Source of the DNA: a virus
DNA length: 64,000 bases
Direction: 5' to 3' (one strand)
Virus record (IMG/VR): IMGVR_UViG_3300025127_006147
Coordinates: 1-64,000 of that record
Position numbers and translations under genes: made by a program. This document shows positions 1 through 10,184 of this stretch, in pieces (position 1 is the stretch's first letter; every line of letters begins with the position of its first letter). The notes below the pieces were generated by a model, which saw nothing but the letters and a program-made list of their open reading frames with translations, was not told the origin of the DNA and searched no databases.

Positions 1-1628
1 ATAGGTGGTACTGGGGGTAATTTAATATATCTTAGTAACGTATCTAATAAACTTCTACAATCAGAAATGTTATCTATACTTTCAGTAGCAGCTAAAAGTG
101 TTTGTATAAGTGAATTTATAATAGCTGATTGTTTTACATCATTTTCTTTTAGAATTTTTTGTACTATGTATGATACTATTTGTATTATAAATTTTTTAAC
201 TTCCTCCCAAACATATTCTAAAATTAAATCTTTAATACGTTTTAAAATTTTAAAGATTATTCTAAAAAATTTCTTAATTAAATCCATTATATCTAAACTT
301 TCTAAAAAAGCTCCTACAGCTTTTAAGGCTATAGAAATACCCAATAAGACTTTAGGTGTTAGAATTAAACTAATTAATATTAATGGTAATTTTTTAATTA
401 TATTAAAATCAAAATCTACTTTAAGATTCGGTAATTTAAAACCTAATCCTAATTCTTTATCTACACTCATCCCATTTATAGCATTTTCGATAGCTGTATT
501 TATCATTACACCTTCCACGGTAGAGTTAGACTCGTTTAAAAGAGAATCTATAGCATTATTCATTTCATCTATATTTATTTCTCCTTCTATGTCATTACAA
601 GTAACAAACTTAATTAAACCTTTTAATTTTAAATTTACATCTTCATTTAAGTTTCTTAGGTCCTGGTCACCAAACTCAAAAAACTTGTCAATATCTTCAT
701 CCCCACCATCTTCGGATAAATGGCCAACACCAGAAGAATTTATAGACCCACCTAATGAACCATCTCCTTCATCACCACAAACATTTAAAAGTTTATTTAT
801 TAAAGCACCAAATTTACCTTTTAATTCTACTTCTGGTCCACTTAGGTCAGCCTGTATACTTAAGAACCCAGACATAGAATCTAATAATGTAGCTAAAAAA
901 TTATGGGGTTCAAATATTTTAATCGAATCATAATAATCTCTTAAAAATGTGGTTATTTTTCTATCATTATCGTTGGTTATTGTATTATCATTAAATGTAT
1001 TATCTAGACCTACTGGCTTAATTATATAATTAGCAGACCCGTCAAACTCTATTGTAAACAGTCTTTCACCTGACACCCCGAAGTAATCTTGAGGTGCTGT
1101 AGGATTTTCTAGTCTGGAGTATAACTCTTTGTTTGTTGAGTAGGGGAAATCTAGTTGTACTGGGTCATTTTTTTCGTAGGTGGATTTACCGACATTAGTT
1201 GTAGGTGCGTTTTGTAACATTTTAAATGGGTCCAGACTCTTTACTGGAATAGTCATAGAATTATCTACACCACCTGAACCATCCGCAGAGGGAATAACAA
1301 AATCTAAATTACAATTAATAAATTGTATTAATTCTTCAAATATAATTTCTTTACACTCCTCGCTTACCTTACCACCAATTTCGTTACTTATTTTTTTTCT
1401 AACTTTTTTTACAGATTCATCCCCACCTAAATTTTGTAAAAGGTCCATAAAATATTGTATCATATTTCCTTCACCCTCCTCTACGTTAGCACTTACAGAG
1501 TCCAATGAAGACATGAGACTATTTAATTTTGCCTCTTTATCTAAAGATTCTATAGCGTCTTTGGTATTAGTTAGATTTTGAATACCATTTAATCCATCTT
1601 TTTTAGTATTTCCAATATCCTGAGCCAT
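1..1628 (-). CDS. Hypothetical protein, 3'-truncated by the window edge (>540 aa; possibly virion-associated)
   Basis: Not in the ORF track. ATG at 1628 overlaps the stop of the upstream gene. Manual translation begins MAQDIGNTKKDGLNGIQNL and was still open at position 3 (..LRYIKLPPVPP). It explains the antisense shadow ORFs 67-933 and 1180-1581. Confidence 0.8.
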   Translation of the reverse strand, partial: MAQDIGNTKKDGLNGIQNLTNTKDAIESLDKEAKLNSLMSSLDSVSANVEEGEGNMIQYFMDLLQNLGGDESVKKVRKKISNEIGGKVSEECKEIIFEELIQFINCNLDFVIPSADGSGGVDNSMTIPVKSLDPFKMLQNAPTTNVGKSTYEKNDPVQLDFPYSTNKELYSRLENPTAPQDYFGVSGERLFTIEFDGSANYIIKPVGLDNTFNDNTITNDNDRKITTFLRDYYDSIKIFEPHNFLATLLDSMSGFLSIQADLSGPEVELKGKFGALINKLLNVCGDEGDGSLGGSINSSGVGHLSEDGGDEDIDKFFEFGDQDLRNLNEDVNLKLKGLIKFVTCNDIEGEINIDEMNNAIDSLLNESNSTVEGVMINTAIENAINGMSVDKELGLGFKLPNLKVDFDFNIIKKLPLILISLILTPKVLLGISIALKAVGAFLESLDIMDLIKKFFRIIFKILKRIKDLILEYVWEEVKKFIIQIVSYIVQKILKENDVKQSAIINSLIQTLLAATESIDNISDCRSLLDTLLRYIKLPPVPP

Positions 1629-1999
1629 TACATTTTATATTCTGTCGGATTATTGTCATCTTCTTTGTCTTTATTTAAAAGACTATTTAAGGTCTCCCGG
1701 TCCTCTAAAGAAAAGCCAGCAGAAGCATTACTACTACTTAAATCTTTTTGTACTAATGTACTTTGTATTTTTGCTAACTGAATTTTTTTCTCTAAAGCGG
1801 AGTCTATAACCTTTTGTTGTTCTTTAATTACTGGACCTAATTGTTGTAAATCATCAGGACCTTGCATAAAACTCAACATTTTATTTTGGATACGAATAGC
1901 TGTAGTTCTTTGTTCTACACATTCATTATAAACTTCTTGTAACAAAGCTAACACACTCTCTTGGTCTAACTTTATTTCCTTTTTTTTAGGTCTAGGCAT
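1628..1999 (-). CDS. Hypothetical helical protein (123 aa)
   Basis: ORF track; preceded by a TATTTAT motif (2018-2024, minus strand). Confidence 0.8.
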   Translation of the reverse strand: MPRPKKKEIKLDQESVLALLQEVYNECVEQRTTAIRIQNKMLSFMQGPDDLQQLGPVIKEQQKVIDSALEKKIQLAKIQSTLVQKDLSSSNASAGFSLEDRETLNSLLNKDKEDDNNPTEYKM

Positions 2000-2017
2000 A
2001 GTAAATTTATTTATTGC

Positions 2018-2024
2018 ATAAATA
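2018..2024 (-). promoter_or_regulatory. Putative late promoter TATTTAT
   Basis: One of about 15 copies located 7-40 nt upstream of start codons. Confidence 0.55.
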
Positions 2025-2041
2025 CCACAATAATAAAAACC

Positions 2042-2746
2042 TTAGTCCTTGTACCCGTCCATAACCCCCTTATAGATGATTTTAAATTTCTTTAGAGAAC
2101 TTCGAATTTCTTTTGTGGATAAATTAGTCATTTCTCTTAAATTTAAGAGAACTAAATTTTTATTAAATTTATTTCCTTCCCCATGAATAAAAATTTCATC
2201 ATAGTTAGTGAAAACTTCTATTAAAGCTGAACCCACTTTAACCTCATTTTCATTTAATGGTGTTATGGACATAAATTCTTCTATCTCATCTACTAAGTCA
2301 ATAAAAAACCTAGTAGTATCTGTTTCTTCTCCAGTACCCATATAATATACTTGGTCGGGCCTTTCTTCTATGGATTTGGAGATATCTTCATAGGATACAC
2401 TTCTATTCTGTAATTTTTGGTCTTTTATTATTTGACCCATTAAGTAGTTTTTACATATAGTACCAAAATATGAGTAGGCTTTTTTACCTTTAGCTGGTTG
2501 AAATTTTTCAGCTTTTGTAATTAGAAAGGAAAGTACATCTGCATGAATATCTCTAAATTCTAAACCTTTTCGATATAATTTATACCTTCTTATTATACTA
2601 TCTATCATTTTATTTAATGGTTCATATAAATAAGATGTATAAATTTGATTTCTTTCGGTAAGAGTAGTAGCTGTTAAAAACATTTTAACAGCGTACTCTT
2701 GTTCCTCTCCGAAGTACATATTATTTTTAGACTTAGGCCTTGGCAT
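2042..2746 (-). CDS. Phage sigma factor, T4 gp55-like late sigma
   Basis: Sigma region-2-like segment DVLSFLITKAEKFQPAKGKKAYSYFGTICKNYL resembles the gp55-type 'KNAFAYFT' block; 234 aa is typical of truncated phage sigmas. Confidence 0.7.
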   Translation of the reverse strand: MPRPKSKNNMYFGEEQEYAVKMFLTATTLTERNQIYTSYLYEPLNKMIDSIIRRYKLYRKGLEFRDIHADVLSFLITKAEKFQPAKGKKAYSYFGTICKNYLMGQIIKDQKLQNRSVSYEDISKSIEERPDQVYYMGTGEETDTTRFFIDLVDEIEEFMSITPLNENEVKVGSALIEVFTNYDEIFIHGEGNKFNKNLVLLNLREMTNLSTKEIRSSLKKFKIIYKGVMDGYKD

Positions 2747-3550
2747 TTAGTCAGCTGTTTCTGGAGTATATTTTATTCCCCTATCGGTAGTGAAAAAATA
2801 TTCTTTTTTAGCAGTCTCAATCCAAAAGTTAGCTTCCGTCGCATCGATTAACTCTTCCTGGTTAAACTTATAATTCCAAAATAAAGAGTCAGGACGCATA
2901 TTAGTATGTTTATAACCTACTTTAGGTATTGTGAAAACTTTTAAATCGTTATAAGTAGCTCTAAGTAAGAATTCGTAGACAAAAGTTAATCTAACAGTAC
3001 TTTTAAATCCTCCGACTTCTTGGAACTTTTCTTTATTTATTACCATTCCACTAGTTTGGAAATTAGGGTACCGTAATAAACACTGATTATCTAGATATCC
3101 CATTTTATCACTAAAATTCATAGCCCAAACTGCTTCATTTGTAAAATTAATAAATTCACCTTCCGCAGTTACATCTACAACTAATGGTAAGAAAATATCC
3201 ACATCCTTATATTCATTAGAATATTTAAACACATTTTTAAACCATATAGTTGCATATTCATCATCATATTCTAATACTGAGAACCATTTGGTTTTTACAT
3301 TATCAACACCAAAATTAATTTGTCCCATAAATGAAGTATCTCCTGTGTTTTCCACAATATCTACTTCTAAATTTTGAAAATCGAATTGGTCTAGGTAACT
3401 TTTAAGTTTAGGGTCATTACTACGTACAATTAAAAGTTTTGGTTTTTCTTCTACGGTTTGAGTTGTGATGCTTTTAATAGCATTCTTAAATAGGTCGTCT
3501 GTTTTTTCATTTGTTAAATGAATGGGTAATATAATAGTTAAATCTTTCAT
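2747..3550 (-). CDS. Glycosyltransferase family 2 (GT-A fold)
   Basis: N-terminal LTIILPI..AIKSI, acidic YDDEY motif, GGF..YEFLLR acceptor region. Confidence 0.8.
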   Translation of the reverse strand: MKDLTIILPIHLTNEKTDDLFKNAIKSITTQTVEEKPKLLIVRSNDPKLKSYLDQFDFQNLEVDIVENTGDTSFMGQINFGVDNVKTKWFSVLEYDDEYATIWFKNVFKYSNEYKDVDIFLPLVVDVTAEGEFINFTNEAVWAMNFSDKMGYLDNQCLLRYPNFQTSGMVINKEKFQEVGGFKSTVRLTFVYEFLLRATYNDLKVFTIPKVGYKHTNMRPDSLFWNYKFNQEELIDATEANFWIETAKKEYFFTTDRGIKYTPETAD

Positions 3551-3551
3551 T

Positions 3552-4646
3552 TTAATTTTCTTCGTTTACAGTAAGTTTATTAATAGCGTCTTCTAATTCT
3601 TTTTCTTTATCTTTCATTAATCCATCAATAAAAGATTTGATTTCTTTATCTTGTCTTTCAGTGGTGTAAGGTGAAACAGTTTCTTCCATTTTTTCGAATA
3701 ACTCAGACGGTACCGAATCCTCTAACCATGTTTTCATGTACGCATTTATGACATCTACCATTTGATTAAATTCGTAACTCCAAAAACCATTTTCCTCTTG
3801 TAACCATTCAGGTTTAAGATTAGGTATTTTACCAATTACTGGCACACCACTTTTCATACACTCTAGTGGGAAAGTACCAAAACCTGAAATATCGTCTACC
3901 CACACACCTACTGCAACATCTTTTAAAGTTTCAGCGAATGTTTTAGTGTCCATTCCTCTCATATCTCTAAATGTTATCCATTTAAATTGTGGGTATCTAG
4001 CATAAAAAGTTTTAACAATTTTCATAGTATCTCTAGGTTCTCTTGTATGGATAGCCACTAAAGGAGTTCCAGGTTTTTCAGTTTTAGTAAAATCGTCAGT
4101 GATAGATGGTGGAACTACTGAAACATTGACATTAGGGAATACTGAAAGTATGTATTCTTTTGAAATTTCAGAAGTAGTAATAACGTGATTATACCCATAA
4201 CTCATCCATTGTACACCAGGTTGTAACATCTCAAATATATAATCATATGACTGACATAGAACAACTTTAGTACAAACCATTTCTTTAGTTTGTTCCATAA
4301 CATGACCAAATAATTCTGGTACAATTAAAACATCTGCTGGTCCTACAGATAACCCACCTGAACTTACACAAGCGTGTGGTAAAGAAGAGTACTCTTCCCC
4401 TAACCATTCACTTATAGACATCCATTCTCCGTTTTGAGTATCGTTAATTTTATAGTCTTCATTTTCATGTAGAATAAAAGCGTTATACCCCTCATCAACT
4501 AAAGATTTAACTAATTGGTAGTTATATCTGATAGACGCTTTAGGGTTACCTTTACTATCTTGTGTTAAAATAAAAATTTTACCTTCTTTATCTCTGACTA
4601 GATTTAAAGCAAGTTCAATTTTTTGTACGTTAATGTTATTTTCCAT
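3552..4646 (-). CDS. Glycosyltransferase, GT-B fold (GT1/GT4-like)
   Basis: C-terminal GFGTFPLECMKSGVPVIG matches the GT4-like E-x-M-x-x-G-x-P-V signature. Confidence 0.75.
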   Translation of the reverse strand: MENNINVQKIELALNLVRDKEGKIFILTQDSKGNPKASIRYNYQLVKSLVDEGYNAFILHENEDYKINDTQNGEWMSISEWLGEEYSSLPHACVSSGGLSVGPADVLIVPELFGHVMEQTKEMVCTKVVLCQSYDYIFEMLQPGVQWMSYGYNHVITTSEISKEYILSVFPNVNVSVVPPSITDDFTKTEKPGTPLVAIHTREPRDTMKIVKTFYARYPQFKWITFRDMRGMDTKTFAETLKDVAVGVWVDDISGFGTFPLECMKSGVPVIGKIPNLKPEWLQEENGFWSYEFNQMVDVINAYMKTWLEDSVPSELFEKMEETVSPYTTERQDKEIKSFIDGLMKDKEKELEDAINKLTVNEEN

Positions 4647-4654
4647 TTTTTAAT

Positions 4655-4981
4655 TTAATTTACTTCTTTTATTATTTTATATTCAATTAAGGTATTAAAA
4701 GACAATTTAAACGGAAAACTCAAATTATCAAGACTTTTATAACCCATCTTTTCATCAATTTCTTCATTGGTAGATAATATAACATCTAAAAATAATCTTA
4801 ACATTTCATATTTTGCAGCATTTATAGCTAAATTATCTGTAACCTCTTCATCCTCTTTGGTTTTAGATTCTTTTTCGAGCGTTATACAGTTCATTAACTC
4901 GTCTAAGTCAACAACCATTTTAGTTCCCATAATGTCCACTTGAAAATCTTTAAGCGAACTCATTTCTCTCAATATACTCAT
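4655..4981 (-). CDS. Hypothetical protein (108 aa)
   Basis: ORF track, co-oriented in a tight operon. Confidence 0.7.
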   Translation of the reverse strand: MSILREMSSLKDFQVDIMGTKMVVDLDELMNCITLEKESKTKEDEEVTDNLAINAAKYEMLRLFLDVILSTNEEIDEKMGYKSLDNLSFPFKLSFNTLIEYKIIKEVN

Positions 4982-5546
4982 CTTCTATTAAATCTTTAAT
5001 CGAGGAGACATATAAGACATTTCCGTGATAATTAGATACCTTATCATCTTTATTATATTCCTCTTTGTTTATTTTTATATACTTAGTTTTTTTATAGTTA
5101 GTAATGTTTGAATTATTTGTAATTATTATATCTGCTTTTTCATTAACAGATTTAAAATCCTCTAAAGGAAAAAACTCTATATTATCTATTAGGATACCCA
5201 TTCTAGCTAAAAACATTAAAGTAGCGGGTTTAGATTTCTCAATTTCGTTAGAAAATAAAATTATATTAAATTTATCTCTATATTTTTTATAAAATTCATT
5301 AACCATAAATGAAGTTCCTTCTTCACACTCGTTGGAGTAACCAAATATTCTCATAGGACATTCTATGTACATATACTCAATTAAGTCCTCTTTAGAATCA
5401 AATCCTAAATATTCTTGTAGACCTTGTCCTTCATACTCATTTTCAAACTCTTTTTCTAAATTATCAGCCTTGTAAACTAATATAGTTTTACTTTCAATGT
5501 CTCTAATCAAATTATTTAATTCTATGTAAATATTTTTTTTCATCAT
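4950..5546 (-). CDS. HAD-fold 5'(3')-nucleotidase-like protein with degenerate motif I
   Basis: N-terminus IYIELNNLIRD aligns with HAD/NT5C 'IxIDxDGVxRD' but both Asp residues are replaced; KSKPATLMFL and ADIIIT regions are consistent with the fold. Confidence 0.5.
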   Translation of the reverse strand: MMKKNIYIELNNLIRDIESKTILVYKADNLEKEFENEYEGQGLQEYLGFDSKEDLIEYMYIECPMRIFGYSNECEEGTSFMVNEFYKKYRDKFNIILFSNEIEKSKPATLMFLARMGILIDNIEFFPLEDFKSVNEKADIIITNNSNITNYKKTKYIKINKEEYNKDDKVSNYHGNVLYVSSIKDLIEDEYIERNEFA

Positions 5547-5558
5547 TTAAAAAATAGG

Positions 5559-5565
5559 ATAAATA
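5559..5565 (-). promoter_or_regulatory. Putative late promoter TATTTAT
   Basis: 12 nt upstream of the gene at 4950-5546. Confidence 0.55.
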
Positions 5566-5581
5566 CTATAGTAGTAAACTA

Positions 5582-6244
5582 TTAATAACCCGTTAATAAA
5601 GTTAAAACTTCATCTATAGCTTCATGTCTGTGATTATCTTCTAAAACAGCTTTAAAAACAAATTCTGAATCTTTAATTTTAGGAATTTCATGTATAGCAG
5701 AGTAATTTTTATCTTTGAGGTCGATTTGTTGATTATCACCACAAAATATCATAGTAGAATTTTTACCCAACCTACCCAAAGCCATGTTTAACTGGGACTT
5801 AGTTAAGTTCTGAAATTCATCTACAATCACCACACAGTTTTCAAAAGTTCTACCCCTAAAGTGAGCTAATGAAACTAATTCTATACTTTCGTCTTCTTCC
5901 ATTCTAGAAAGTATTTGTGGTTTATTATATACCTTTCTCATATTACTTCTAATAGGAACAAGCCATGGTTCCATTTTTTCTTTTTCAGAACCAGGTAAAA
6001 ATCCATTATCTTCAGTAGATACTGTAGGTCTAGTTATTATAACTTTATTAACCATTCTTTTAAAGAACATATCTAAAGCACTTTGACAAGCTAATAGTGT
6101 TTTTCCGCTTCCAGCCTTACCCACAATAAAATTAAATGGGTGATTTAATATAGCTGCTTTTGCTGTTTTTTGTTCTGGAGATAAGGTTATTGAAAATCTA
6201 ACGGGCCCTTTAGGGGGGACCTTATCTATGTTTTGTTTTGCCAT
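5582..6244 (-). CDS. phoH: PhoH-family ATPase
   Basis: GKAGSGKT Walker A, ITRP, GFLPG, RGRTF, DEFQN, GD..QID and R(H)E motifs typical of PhoH. Confidence 0.93.
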   Translation of the reverse strand: MAKQNIDKVPPKGPVRFSITLSPEQKTAKAAILNHPFNFIVGKAGSGKTLLACQSALDMFFKRMVNKVIITRPTVSTEDNGFLPGSEKEKMEPWLVPIRSNMRKVYNKPQILSRMEEDESIELVSLAHFRGRTFENCVVIVDEFQNLTKSQLNMALGRLGKNSTMIFCGDNQQIDLKDKNYSAIHEIPKIKDSEFVFKAVLEDNHRHEAIDEVLTLLTGY

Positions 6245-6252
6245 CTAAATTT

Positions 6253-7308
6253 TTATTTTTTATATTTATTTAACCAATACTCTATCATTTCATCTAACAT
6301 AGTTTCAAAAGTGTATTTAGGTGTCCAACCTAATTCACTCCTTAATTTAGTAGAATCACCTTTTAAATCATGTAACTCTTCAGGTCTCATATGTTTTTCA
6401 TCAATCACTACATAATCCCTAAAATCTAAATCTAATCTATTAAAAGTATATTCACATAAATCTTTAACCGAGTGTGAAATACCTGTGGCACACACATAAT
6501 CATCTGGTTTTAAAGTGGATTGTAACATAAGCCACATAGCTTCCACATAATCTTTAGCATGACCCCAATCACGAGTAGCGTCTAGGTTACCTAAATGTAA
6601 TTTGTCTTGCAATCCTAATTTAATTCTAACTGCAGCTTTAACTACTTTATTTGTTACAAAATTTGTCCCTCTTCTAGGTGATTCGTGGTTAAAAAGAATA
6701 CCGTTCCATATTTTCATACCATAAGAATTTCTATAATTTCTTGTTATGTTGTAAGAAAATACTTTTGCACAACCATAAGGTGATACTGGATTCATAGCTG
6801 TAGTTTCCCTTTGAAATCTATCTGAATCTATATTATTACCAAACATCTCAGATGAACTAGCTTGGTATATTTTGGAGTTAGGTGACACCATCCGACAAGC
6901 TTCTAGTAAATTTAAAGTACCTAAACCTGTTGCATTTACAGTATATAGGGGTTGGTCAAAACTTACTCTAACATGTGATTGAGCTGCTAAATTATATATT
7001 TCGTCTGGTTCTACTTTTTGTAATACTCTAACTAAAGAAGCCATATCAGTTAAATCAGCATACTCTAAATTTAAATAATCGAATATATGGTCAATTCTAA
7101 CTGATTGAGTTTCGGAAACTGAATTTCTTTTTACAATACCCCATACCTCGTAATCTTTTTCTAATAATAGTTCTGCTAAATAAGAACCATCTTGTCCATT
7201 AATTCCAGTAATTAATGCTCTTTTTCTTCTATAATGTTTTTCACCCATATCTATAATCCCTAATTTAGATTCTTTAGGGTCAACTTCTACCCATCCGTCT
7301 TTATTCAT
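6253..7308 (-). CDS. gmd: GDP-mannose 4,6-dehydratase
   Basis: [67 protein letters not shown]. Confidence 0.96.
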   Translation of the reverse strand: MNKDGWVEVDPKESKLGIIDMGEKHYRRKRALITGINGQDGSYLAELLLEKDYEVWGIVKRNSVSETQSVRIDHIFDYLNLEYADLTDMASLVRVLQKVEPDEIYNLAAQSHVRVSFDQPLYTVNATGLGTLNLLEACRMVSPNSKIYQASSSEMFGNNIDSDRFQRETTAMNPVSPYGCAKVFSYNITRNYRNSYGMKIWNGILFNHESPRRGTNFVTNKVVKAAVRIKLGLQDKLHLGNLDATRDWGHAKDYVEAMWLMLQSTLKPDDYVCATGISHSVKDLCEYTFNRLDLDFRDYVVIDEKHMRPEELHDLKGDSTKLRSELGWTPKYTFETMLDEMIEYWLNKYKK

Positions 7309-8449
7309 GTTTATTTATTATATTAACTATTACGTCTATATTTTGGGTTGTAAGTCCTTGATGGTTAGGAATATAGAAACCCTGTGACTCAAGTAGTTCA
7401 CAGTTATTCAATCCCCCTTTATCACCTTTCCACATAGGTTTATTTGCCATATTTCCAGCAATTAATGGCCTAACTTCTATATTATTATCCACTAAATCTT
7501 TAATAATGTTATTTCTTTTCGGGTGAACTATCGGTATAGCAAAACTAGAAACGTAATCACTAGGTTTTTCATCTAAATCCAACAAATTAGTTTTTAACTT
7601 ACTAATATAATATTTAAAATTTTCTCTACGTCTTTTAGAATACTCATCTAGTTTTTCGATAGCTCTTAAACCTATAAAAGCCTGTAAATCAGTAGACCTT
7701 AAATTCATTCCAGGAACATAGAAATTATATAGTGCATCAAAATCCGTACACCCATATTGTTCTCTTAATTGTTTTTGTTTCCATTTAGGTAAATCTCGGT
7801 CCCACCCATGACTTCTCATCATTAGTAATAAATGATAAAACTCTTCATCATTGGTATTTATAAATCCACCCTCGATAGTTGATAGATGGTGACCAAAGTA
7901 CATAGAGAAAAAAGATGCGAAACCAAATGAACCTAAGTAATCTTCATTAAATTTAGAACCCATACTTTCACATACATCTTCTAATAAAATTACATCATAC
8001 TTATCACAAAGTTTGTTTATTTCTACCATATCGGGTACTAATCCTAAAGGAGAAACTAAAATTAGAGTAGATGGATTTTCTTTCTTAAATATTTTTTCTA
8101 ATGATTTTAAATCACACGACAAATCTGTTAAGTTACAATCACACATTACAACATCATAATCTAATAACATAGGGGAACTTACATCAGTTGCCCAACTTAG
8201 AGCTGGTACAACTATTTTATTATTTTTTAATTTACCTGATTCTTTTAAAGCAGCTAAAGTTAATAAAATAGAAGATGAACCAGAATTTACAAATACAGAA
8301 TATTTAGTTCCTATTTTTTTGGCCCATTTTTTTTCTAGTTCTTTGGTGAGTTCACCTTTTGTAAGTCTGGGTATTGGGTCCTGTTGTAACCAGGAAATGA
8401 GATGGTTTATATCCTCTCTATCTATTGTATCACTAACTAATTTTATCAT
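7301..8449 (-). CDS. colD: PLP-dependent GDP-4-keto-6-deoxy-D-mannose 3-dehydratase (ColD-type, DegT/DnrJ family)
   Basis: [22 protein letters not shown] (His where aminotransferases have the Schiff-base Lys), [26 protein letters not shown]; sits between gmd and an fcl-like reductase. Confidence 0.82.
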   Translation of the reverse strand: MIKLVSDTIDREDINHLISWLQQDPIPRLTKGELTKELEKKWAKKIGTKYSVFVNSGSSSILLTLAALKESGKLKNNKIVVPALSWATDVSSPMLLDYDVVMCDCNLTDLSCDLKSLEKIFKKENPSTLILVSPLGLVPDMVEINKLCDKYDVILLEDVCESMGSKFNEDYLGSFGFASFFSMYFGHHLSTIEGGFINTNDEEFYHLLLMMRSHGWDRDLPKWKQKQLREQYGCTDFDALYNFYVPGMNLRSTDLQAFIGLRAIEKLDEYSKRRRENFKYYISKLKTNLLDLDEKPSDYVSSFAIPIVHPKRNNIIKDLVDNNIEVRPLIAGNMANKPMWKGDKGGLNNCELLESQGFYIPNHQGLTTQNIDVIVNIINKHE

Positions 8450-9326
8450 ATACTTTTTTTATTCCTTTACTTAAAGGTAATGTTTTAAACTCAGGGAGTA
8501 AACCTTTTAATTTATCTATTGACACATCTTTTCTGTGTTGCCCATCTGGTTTAGTAGAATCAAATACTATTTTTATATTTTTTAAATTACAGGATTCTAA
8601 GGCTATCTGAGCCATATCTTTTATTGTAAGGTTATCTTCAGTAGCTACATTTAAGTTTTCGTAGATTTGTTTATCTAAACATTCCTTTATTACCCAAGCT
8701 AAATCATCTGAATGCATAAATTGTCTTAAAGCTTTACCACTTCCGAAAAGATTTAGAGTGTCTCCCCCTTCTTTTTCTACTTTTACTATTTTTTTAACTA
8801 ATGCAGCTATAAAATGACTATTTTCCCCGAATTTATCATTTTCTCCATATAAATTACATGGTGTTAAATACTGATATTGTGTACCGTATTGTTTATTACA
8901 AGCTTCTATGTGTACCGCTAAACATCTTTTAGCGTAACCATACGAAAAATTTGTAGGTGTAGGAGGTCCAGAGTGTAACATCTCTTCAGTCATTGGGTAG
9001 GTGTCTACTTTGTCTGGATATATACAAGTACTTAATATCCCTATAAATCTTTTTACTCCAGTAAGCCGTGACCACTTAACTATATTTGTATTCATTTGGA
9101 TGTTTTCAGTAAAATAGCTTTCAGGGTTATTCATATTATCTATTATTCCACCACATTTTGCAGCTAAATGAATTACAACATCAAATTCATTTTTAACCAT
9201 TAAAGATTTTACTTCTTTTTCATTTGTCAAATCACATTCTTGTGAAGATAAGTACATGGCGTTCGGTAAATATTTTTTTAATGATTTACCAACCATACCA
9301 CTACCACCTGTAACTAATATATTCAT
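8433..9326 (-). CDS. fcl: GDP-L-fucose synthase family epimerase/reductase (probably ColC-like in this context)
   Basis: VTGGSGMVG, HLAAKCGGI, LSTCIYP, YGYAK, PCNLYG, RQFMHSDD, KPDGQHRK motifs of the Fcl/WcaG family. Confidence 0.88.
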   Translation of the reverse strand: MNILVTGGSGMVGKSLKKYLPNAMYLSSQECDLTNEKEVKSLMVKNEFDVVIHLAAKCGGIIDNMNNPESYFTENIQMNTNIVKWSRLTGVKRFIGILSTCIYPDKVDTYPMTEEMLHSGPPTPTNFSYGYAKRCLAVHIEACNKQYGTQYQYLTPCNLYGENDKFGENSHFIAALVKKIVKVEKEGGDTLNLFGSGKALRQFMHSDDLAWVIKECLDKQIYENLNVATEDNLTIKDMAQIALESCNLKNIKIVFDSTKPDGQHRKDVSIDKLKGLLPEFKTLPLSKGIKKVYDKIS

Positions 9327-9350
9327 ATTAAAATTATAATTAAATTTATT

Positions 9351-10184
9351 TTATAATAAACCCGTTTTTATGTAGTCATTAAAAATTTGATTTTCACCTA
9401 ACGTGAAATTTTTAGATAATTCTAAATTCTTTTTAATATGAGGTAACATTTTTTCATATTTTTCCACACTTAAGTCATTTAAAATTTTACTTATATCGTT
9501 TACATTATTAATAATGATAAATCCACGAGTATCAAAAAAGTCCCCTATTGATGGACATCCCCAATAAATTGGTACGGTACCAGTAATTAAACAATCTATA
9601 AGTTTTTCAGTAAACCAATAATCTCTTTTACAATTTTCTATCACTACTGAAAATCTATAATCACCTAAACCTTCTATTTTTTTATTTACATACTTATACC
9701 CATTACCGAATACATCTAATTTTTCTCTATTAGTTCCAATAATGTGATGTCTAATTTTATGTCCCTCCAACTGAACTTTATTCGATGCTATTATGGAAAC
9801 CAACTTATTTTTGGGGTGTAATTTTCTATCTTCAGGTTCTATCCAACAACCACCAAAAGGTATAAATTTAAAATTATCACCTAAATCTAATAGACTTTTT
9901 TCGTGCGTAAAAACATATTTAAAACTACTATTATTATTTTTAATAATTTCATAGGCTGTTGGAACAAAATCATATGGTTCTAATAACCAACAAACCTTAT
10001 TATTATTTTTATCATTGAGGGCTTCATTTACTGTACTATGTGTATAAAAAGTTAGTTCATTTTCTGATGGAGTACTCCAGTCCCATTCCATATGTTCACA
10101 AAAACTAACAGGAGGCATAGGATTATTACTATAACTACAGTGTTGAAATGAGGTGTCTTTTATTTTTACTTTTATTTTATCCAT
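9351..10184 (-). CDS. Glycosyltransferase family 10 (alpha-1,3/4-fucosyltransferase-like)
   Basis: YRFSVVIEN..DYWFTEKLIDCLITGTVPIYWG is the GT10 donor-binding motif. Confidence 0.8.
   Translation of the reverse strand: MDKIKVKIKDTSFQHCSYSNNPMPPVSFCEHMEWDWSTPSENELTFYTHSTVNEALNDKNNNKVCWLLEPYDFVPTAYEIIKNNNSSFKYVFTHEKSLLDLGDNFKFIPFGGCWIEPEDRKLHPKNKLVSIIASNKVQLEGHKIRHHIIGTNREKLDVFGNGYKYVNKKIEGLGDYRFSVVIENCKRDYWFTEKLIDCLITGTVPIYWGCPSIGDFFDTRGFIIINNVNDISKILNDLSVEKYEKMLPHIKKNLELSKNFTLGENQIFNDYIKTGLL

Noticed and set aside
67-1581. Plus-strand ORFs 67-933 and 1180-1581
   Set aside because: Antisense shadows of the long minus-strand ORF starting at 1628; Ile/Ser/Phe-biased composition and no promoter or leader.
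7301-8449. GDP-perosamine synthase
   Set aside because: The catalytic Lys position holds His ([10 protein letters not shown]), the ColD/E1 dehydratase signature.
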